DNA of 64,000 nt, taken from positions 128,001 to 192,000 of the forward strand of contig CBDEUM010000012.1 of the NCBI GenBank assembly GCA_965242925.1. Reading direction: 5' to 3'. How positions within the stretch are numbered: the stretch's first letter is position 1; each line of letters begins with the position of its first letter. Made by a program: the position numbers and the translations under genes. Positions 58,870 through 64,000 of the stretch are shown piece after piece. Origin of the DNA: Roseibacillus sp. (GTDB taxonomy: Bacteria > Verrucomicrobiota > Verrucomicrobiia > Verrucomicrobiales > Akkermansiaceae). The notes under the pieces were generated by a model, which worked only from the letters and a program-made list of their open reading frames with translations, did not search any database and was not told where the DNA came from.

Positions 58870-60009
58870 ATGAGCCTCTCCCGCCCGCCCCGAGTTCTCA
58901 TTGCAACTGCGGGCTTTGGCGACGGACACAATACCGCCGCCCGGGGGCTCGCCAAGGCCCTGGAAGGTCAGGCTGAGTCCCTCGTAACCGATCCCTGCGA
59001 GGAGGCGGCCCCCTGGCTCAACAACGTTCTGCGCAATGGTTATCGCTTCGTGACCACCTACCTGCCCCGCACCTGGAAGCGAATCTACAACAGCGTGGAA
59101 CACCACGACTTCTCCCGTCAGAAAATCCCGTTCATGCGTAATGTGGAAACCGCGTTTGCAGCACAGGTGAAGAGGTTCAATCCGGATGTGATCGTCTCCA
59201 CCTATCCGCTCTACCCCTACTTTGTTGAACGCTACATCAAAGGTGGTGGCCGCCCCTGTCCCATGGTCACCATCGTCACCGACTCCATCGAGATCAATGC
59301 CTCCTGGCGCAAATCCCCAACTGATTTCTGGCTTGTCACCGACCGGGAAACAAAAAGCTCATTGATCGAACAGAAGCTGCCGGAACAAAAAATCATCGAG
59401 ACAGGATTTCCGGTGGATCCCATCTTTGACAAGCTGTCGCCGGTCCCGACAGACGACCACGCCAAACCCTTTCGAGTTCTTTACTTTCCCACGGCGAGCA
59501 AGTCTTCCCTGATCCCTACGGCCCATACCATCCTGGAACATCAACCCTGGCCCATCGAGCTTACCATTGTGCTCGGACGAAATTTCCGGCGACTCTACCA
59601 CCTCGCGCGGAAACTCGTGGACGCTTACCCCAATCGCGTCCGGATCAAGGGATGGTCCCGAAGGGTTCCGGAACTGCTCTGCGAGCATCACCTGGTAGTG
59701 GGCAAGGCCGGTGGCGCCACCGTTCACGAATCCATCGCCGCGTGCTGCCCCATGCTGATTCAGCACCTCGTGCCCGGGCAGGAAGAGGGCAACCTCGAAC
59801 TACTGCGCCGGATTGGAGCTGGTGACCTCGCTGAAACCGGACCAGCCCTGGCCGCCGCACTGCGCGATCTCCTTTCCGACCGGGCCTCTCACTGGCACAG
59901 GCAGAAACACCGCCTCGCCCTCCATGCGCGTCCGGCGGCTTCCAGGGTGGCCGCCGGCTTTGTTCTGGAACTCGCTGCAAAAGCCCGGTCCAGTCCGGCC
60001 CCTAACTGA
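58870..60009 (+). CDS. MGDG synthase/UgtP-family glycosyltransferase (GT28)
   Basis: Motifs GFGDGH..AA, IVSTYP, VTD, TGFPV, GKAGG.T..E, PGQEEGN. Confidence 0.9.
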   Translation: MSLSRPPRVLIATAGFGDGHNTAARGLAKALEGQAESLVTDPCEEAAPWLNNVLRNGYRFVTTYLPRTWKRIYNSVEHHDFSRQKIPFMRNVETAFAAQVKRFNPDVIVSTYPLYPYFVERYIKGGGRPCPMVTIVTDSIEINASWRKSPTDFWLVTDRETKSSLIEQKLPEQKIIETGFPVDPIFDKLSPVPTDDHAKPFRVLYFPTASKSSLIPTAHTILEHQPWPIELTIVLGRNFRRLYHLARKLVDAYPNRVRIKGWSRRVPELLCEHHLVVGKAGGATVHESIAACCPMLIQHLVPGQEEGNLELLRRIGAGDLAETGPALAAALRDLLSDRASHWHRQKHRLALHARPAASRVAAGFVLELAAKARSSPAPN

Positions 60010-60024
60010 TCCACCCCCATCACC

Positions 60025-60672
60025 ATGCCTGTGCCGCCCACTGCCGCCCTCTTCGATATCGGAAATGTCCTCGTAGAGGTTGATTTTGCCCGGGGATTGA
60101 CTCCGCTTGTCTCCCCGGAAGCTGGCCCACCCCACCTGCGCCTGCGGAGCCTGCTGGAAAAGTGCAATGAACTGGAGACCGGCCAGGTCGCGCCCGACGA
60201 GTTCATCGCCATGGCCTCTGAATGCCTCGCTTTCACCGGTCCGGCCGAAGAATTCCGGGACGCCTGGAATTCCATTTTCCGTCCCCTGCGCTCGATGTGG
60301 TCAGTCGTGTCCTTCCTCAGATCACTCCGCCTGAAGCTCATTCTCTTCTCCAACACCAACTGCATGCACATTGAGTGGCTTCTCACGAACCACGAGATAT
60401 TCGAGGAGTTCGGAGGGCGGGTCTTCTCCCACGAAGTGGGTTTCACCAAGCCCGACCCGGCCATCTACCACCACGCCATCACCGAATTCAACCTCACCCC
60501 GGAGGAGACGCTCTACATCGACGATCTCCCGGAAAACATCGCCACCGGCCACACCCTGGGACTGCGATGCCACCAGTATTCACGGGAGAGACACCACGAA
60601 TTCATTGCCTGGCTCGATCAGGAATTCGGCCTGCCGGGCGGGGGGGCACACGGCACAATGGCCCCCACCTAA
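60025..60672 (+). CDS. HAD-family phosphatase (YihX-like)
   Basis: Motifs FDIGNVL, SNTN..H, S.EVG..KPDPAIY, IDD...N. Confidence 0.92.
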   Translation: MPVPPTAALFDIGNVLVEVDFARGLTPLVSPEAGPPHLRLRSLLEKCNELETGQVAPDEFIAMASECLAFTGPAEEFRDAWNSIFRPLRSMWSVVSFLRSLRLKLILFSNTNCMHIEWLLTNHEIFEEFGGRVFSHEVGFTKPDPAIYHHAITEFNLTPEETLYIDDLPENIATGHTLGLRCHQYSRERHHEFIAWLDQEFGLPGGGAHGTMAPT

Positions 60673-62090
60673 TCCCTGGTCTTTTCGGCAAAAAGCCGCT
60701 GCATGGAGTCGAGATACTCCGAAACCGGGCCTTGATGACGGCGGGGTTTGGTTTGCAGTTTCTCCTTCAATTCGACAAAGCTCTCGAAGTCGCCCGTGAG
60801 TTGCTTTGAGTTGGTGATACGGTACCACTCAAGGTAGTCGCGAGCCCGGTTCCCAAGGGAACGAAGCCGCTCGCGTTCCTGGGCAAGTTCCTGCAGACGC
60901 TCCCCAATCTGCTCATCCCGGTCTGAGGCAATCTCACCCAGAAGAGTGAGATACTCCACTAACACCGGCCGATGGGACGGGAAGGCACGATACAGGAACT
61001 GCCCGCCCCGTTCCACCACCGGGCGAATGGAAGCCTGCCGTTGCTTGAGAGGGAGCGCGAGGAGATCGCGGAACTGATCGGTCCCAACTTCGATCAGATT
61101 CCCGGAGGGATCATTGAAACGCACCACCAGAAGAGCCTGCAACTCCTTCTCCGTCTCCCCGATGGTGAGGACATGGGGAAACGGCTTCTCGGCCATCTGT
61201 GCCAACTGGAGGGCCCACCACTTGGAAAAGCTCTCGGGGCCCAGGTTCATGCCCGGAAAATGCTTCATCAGCAGCGCCATCTCATCCCCCTCAAAGGTGG
61301 ACAGTTCGCGAAGCATTGTCCGCATCGACTTCCGCCCGCCATTCTGCTCAAGGAGGGACATGACCAGTGCCCCGGAAGAAGCCCGGAAGGCCGCCCGTGC
61401 AATCGAATCCATCTCCTCAAGCGGTCTCATCTCAAGGAGTTTCTTCACGGGGTAGAGTTCATTCTTCCTGAAGAGGGCCGCATAGAGAGCGTGCTCGCGC
61501 TCGCCACGCTTCCAGCGAAAACTCTCAAGCATACCCTCCACCAGCCAGCCCGGAACACCCAACGATCCCACCGCCTCATCTCCCCTCCCCCGCAATCCAT
61601 ACTCGATCAGGAGGAGCTCCAGGAGGGCAGGTTCCAAGCCAACGGGCTTTCCCCGGGCCAGGAACACATCGAGTTGCAGGCGGTAGCCTCCAGGCACATG
61701 AAAAAAGTTCGTCTTCATGGGGGACTCACCTTCACGAAGCTGGATCGCAATGGCATGTTCCCATCCCTCCTCGTCCTTCCCGATCGTCTCCAGAAGAGCC
61801 CCCCGGGTGCTTTCCGCTACCGAGGCGATGGCCCCCCGGGTGACGAAGTCGGCCCCGTGTACCACGAACTGCCGCGATTCACTCTCGGTCCGCTGAGAGG
61901 GAGCCTTGGACTCCTCCTCACCCACCAGTTCCAATGCGATGGAAGGAGCAGGCTGTGGGGCGGCCTCCGGGATGACTTCCCCCGGGCGCTCCGGCAGCGG
62001 GTCGGGGCGCACCTCTCCCTGACCCAGGGCAATGACCGAGATGCCGAATATCCACGGGGCACTGGCCAGACCTGGACGGAAATACTTCAC
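60669..62090 (-). CDS. Hypothetical exported protein
   Basis: 473-aa ORF with a hydrophobic N-terminus, a PGWLVEG motif and a helical C-terminus. Confidence 0.7.
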   Translation of the reverse strand: MKYFRPGLASAPWIFGISVIALGQGEVRPDPLPERPGEVIPEAAPQPAPSIALELVGEEESKAPSQRTESESRQFVVHGADFVTRGAIASVAESTRGALLETIGKDEEGWEHAIAIQLREGESPMKTNFFHVPGGYRLQLDVFLARGKPVGLEPALLELLLIEYGLRGRGDEAVGSLGVPGWLVEGMLESFRWKRGEREHALYAALFRKNELYPVKKLLEMRPLEEMDSIARAAFRASSGALVMSLLEQNGGRKSMRTMLRELSTFEGDEMALLMKHFPGMNLGPESFSKWWALQLAQMAEKPFPHVLTIGETEKELQALLVVRFNDPSGNLIEVGTDQFRDLLALPLKQRQASIRPVVERGGQFLYRAFPSHRPVLVEYLTLLGEIASDRDEQIGERLQELAQERERLRSLGNRARDYLEWYRITNSKQLTGDFESFVELKEKLQTKPRRHQGPVSEYLDSMQRLFAEKTRD

Positions 62091-62201
62091 AAGGAAAAGG
62101 AAGCACCCTCATGCCCCAGAACCCTCTCCATTGCAAGGAGCCAGGCGATCAAGTCGTTCCCTCCCCAGGGACAGCACCCTTCACGGAATGATTCGCCCGC
62201 C

Positions 62202-63003
62202 TTATTCGGCGAACCGGACTGACAGACTACCATCAGTCTTCCTGAGGGGGGGCTCTTCCGGTGGGGACAGCTCCATTACACCGTCCGAAACCTTGATCTG
62301 AAACTTGCCGCGGAACATGTCCCACACCTGCTTGGTCTCCTCAGCGTAGGCTTCCCGGAGGGCGGTAAAGGAGGGTCCTATCAACCACACGAATCCGTTA
62401 ATCACACGGGTCCGCCCCCACCTCCCCGTCCTCTTCTTATTTAGGAGCTGCGTAGAAACCTTTCCATCTTCATCCTTGGTCTGCCGCGGAAACAGGAGCA
62501 TCGAGACCGTGTGCCGCTTGTCCCACCAGGTGATCTCTCGCTCAATGATCACCTCGATGACGCCCTCCTCCAGTTTTATCCACGCCCCACGCGCAGTGAC
62601 AAAACTCTTGAACCAGCCCTCCTGCTCGAACTTGAGAGTGCGACGGATGTAGTTGTTGATCTCTTCTTCCGTAATCCGCACCCCATGCTTGTTCTTGGCC
62701 GCATTCTCAAGAACAGTGCCAAGATTGCGTCCTCCCAACAGAGGGAGCGGGGAATCATTCCGATCCTTCTGATACCCCTCGATATCGGAGAGATCCTGAG
62801 GATCAAAGGAGAGATAGGCCAGACCCCCAATCACCACCAGGCCCAACAGAGATACAAAGAGGAGATTCTTGAAGAAGGTGCCTTTCTTGGTGGGTGGGGG
62901 CGCCTTACGCTTCTCCTTGCTCGAATCCTTGCTCGAATCCTTGCTCGAATCCTTTCCTCGTCTTCAGCCATCGCTCATCCTTGTCTTTCTCGTCTTCAGC
63001 CAT
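62202..63003 (-). CDS. Hypothetical bitopic membrane protein whose 5' end is frameshifted by a local duplication
   Basis: The frame of the 62202-62846 ORF extends upstream as KDSSKDSSKDSSKEKRK...NLLFVSLL, but neither upstream ATG (62971, 63003) is in frame. Confidence 0.65.
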
Positions 63004-63009
63004 CGCTCA
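62914..63009. repeat. 12-bp tandem repeat x3 plus a 21-bp direct repeat x2
   Basis: TCCTTGCTCGAA x3 at 62914-62949; CTCGTCTTCAGCCATCGCTCA at 62957-62977 and 62989-63009. Confidence 0.95.
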
Positions 63010-63048
63010 GTGGGGAGTATTCCGTATCCCGCGGACACTGTCGAGAAA

Positions 63049-63396
63049 TCAGAGTTGGGCTGACAGGGTCACAATGTCACTCGTCCTTGGCCGCGCCACC
63101 TCCCCGCCACCGGCATCTGTCTTCGAGCCGGATGCGGAGGACTCACCTGATTTGGATTCTTTGGGCTTCGCGGCCTCCGATTCCTTCTTGGCTCCGCTCT
63201 TGTAGGACTCGCTGCGGTAGTCCGTCTCGTAAAACCCCCCTCCCTTGAAGATGATGCCAGCCCCGGTGCCCAGCAACCGTTTCACCGCTCCATCACAATC
63301 CTCCTTTGGACAGTCTTTCAGCTTCTCGTCATTCATGCTTTGGAAGTACTCGAACTCGTGTCCGCACTTCTCGCAAACGTAGTCGTAGGTCGGCAT
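63049..63396 (-). CDS. FmdB-family zinc-ribbon protein
   Basis: MPTYDYVCEKCGHEFE..QSM...CP...C, FKGGGFY.TDY and a low-complexity tail. Confidence 0.92.
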   Translation of the reverse strand: MPTYDYVCEKCGHEFEYFQSMNDEKLKDCPKEDCDGAVKRLLGTGAGIIFKGGGFYETDYRSESYKSGAKKESEAAKPKESKSGESSASGSKTDAGGGEVARPRTSDIVTLSAQL

Positions 63397-63523
63397 GAGG
63401 GTGGGTTACAAAGCACCAAGACCGCCCCTTGGCAAGAGGGATGTCCCGTGGATCCGCTTGCATCCGCCCGAAAGGCTGGAACAATGCAGTCCCCAACCGC
63501 TCTTTCGCGAAATCCGCCAACCC

Positions 63524-64000
63524 GTGAGCCAGGAATCGAGCCAGCGCACCTCCACCTCTCCTGCTTGGAATCGTGCACTCACCCTGGCCTGGCTCGCTGG
63601 AGCCCTTGTCCTCCAGGTTCCCTTCCAGCGCATTCTCAAATTCGGACCCGGAAATCTTGGCTACAATATCCTGATGGGAGCGGCCGCCATCACCCTCGGC
63701 GTGGTGATGCTCGTCGGCCTTACCCATTTTTACCGTCGTCTTTTCGAAAACAGCTCCAACGAATATCTAGCATATCGCCTCACCCTGGGAACTCTCGGAA
63801 CTGCCAACTTCATCCTTCTCGTCACTCTGTTCCCGGTTGTTCCCTATGGCCTCTATTGGGCAGCCCTGGCCACCCTCGGCGCCTGGTTGGTCATTCTCTT
63901 CATACAGGTCTGCAACTCCCTCCGAAAACCGGGCAAGGAGCAGATCCGCCATGTCATCCCCTCCGGTATCCGGCACAAGTCCTGGCCCTTCAACGGTGCC
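63524..64000 (+). CDS. 5' part of a multi-pass membrane protein (runs off the window)
   Basis: Not in the ORF track. Manual translation from GTG 63524 is open for 159 codons (MSQESSQRTSTSPAWNRALTLAWLAGALVLQ...) with four hydrophobic segments. Confidence 0.7.
   Translation, partial: MSQESSQRTSTSPAWNRALTLAWLAGALVLQVPFQRILKFGPGNLGYNILMGAAAITLGVVMLVGLTHFYRRLFENSSNEYLAYRLTLGTLGTANFILLVTLFPVVPYGLYWAALATLGAWLVILFIQVCNSLRKPGKEQIRHVIPSGIRHKSWPFNGA

Noticed and set aside
63406..63976. Minus-strand ORFs 63329-63727, 63406-63639 and 63767-63976
   Set aside because: Better explained as shadows of the plus-strand membrane-protein gene starting at 63524.

Overview
A gene-dense, GC-rich bacterial core-genome window. 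The gene content points to the PVC superphylum, probably Verrucomicrobiota (inference from a PVC-type heme-binding CxxCH protein and a ribosomal superoperon lacking tuf, rpsN and rpmD). The centre (22994-39994, minus strand) is the str-S10-spc cluster from rpsL to secY-adk-map. It is flanked by housekeeping genes (folP, partial cdaA, cutA, an NtrB/NtrC-like pair, xseB-dxs, priA, amidase, tRNA-Met, a beta-CASP nuclease, skp-skp-lpxD, panC, nagB-nagA-transporter, nadB, GH3, waaA, rsmD, GT28, HAD) and many hypothetical genes. I see no CRISPR array, integrase, transposase or prophage. The most unusual signals are in the ribosomal cluster: (i) tandem-repeat-encoded disordered tails on S3 (9-bp unit) and S5 (18-bp unit), both with indels, and the four S5 indels exactly compensate and flip segments from acidic to basic; (ii) a long acidic tail on L22; (iii) a non-ribosomal, probably exported coiled-coil gene embedded between rpsS and rplV; (iv) a structured rpsL leader that can pair with its own ribosome-binding site. 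The repeat indels may be sequencing or assembly errors and need checking against reads. All product calls come from motif recognition by eye; no database search was run.
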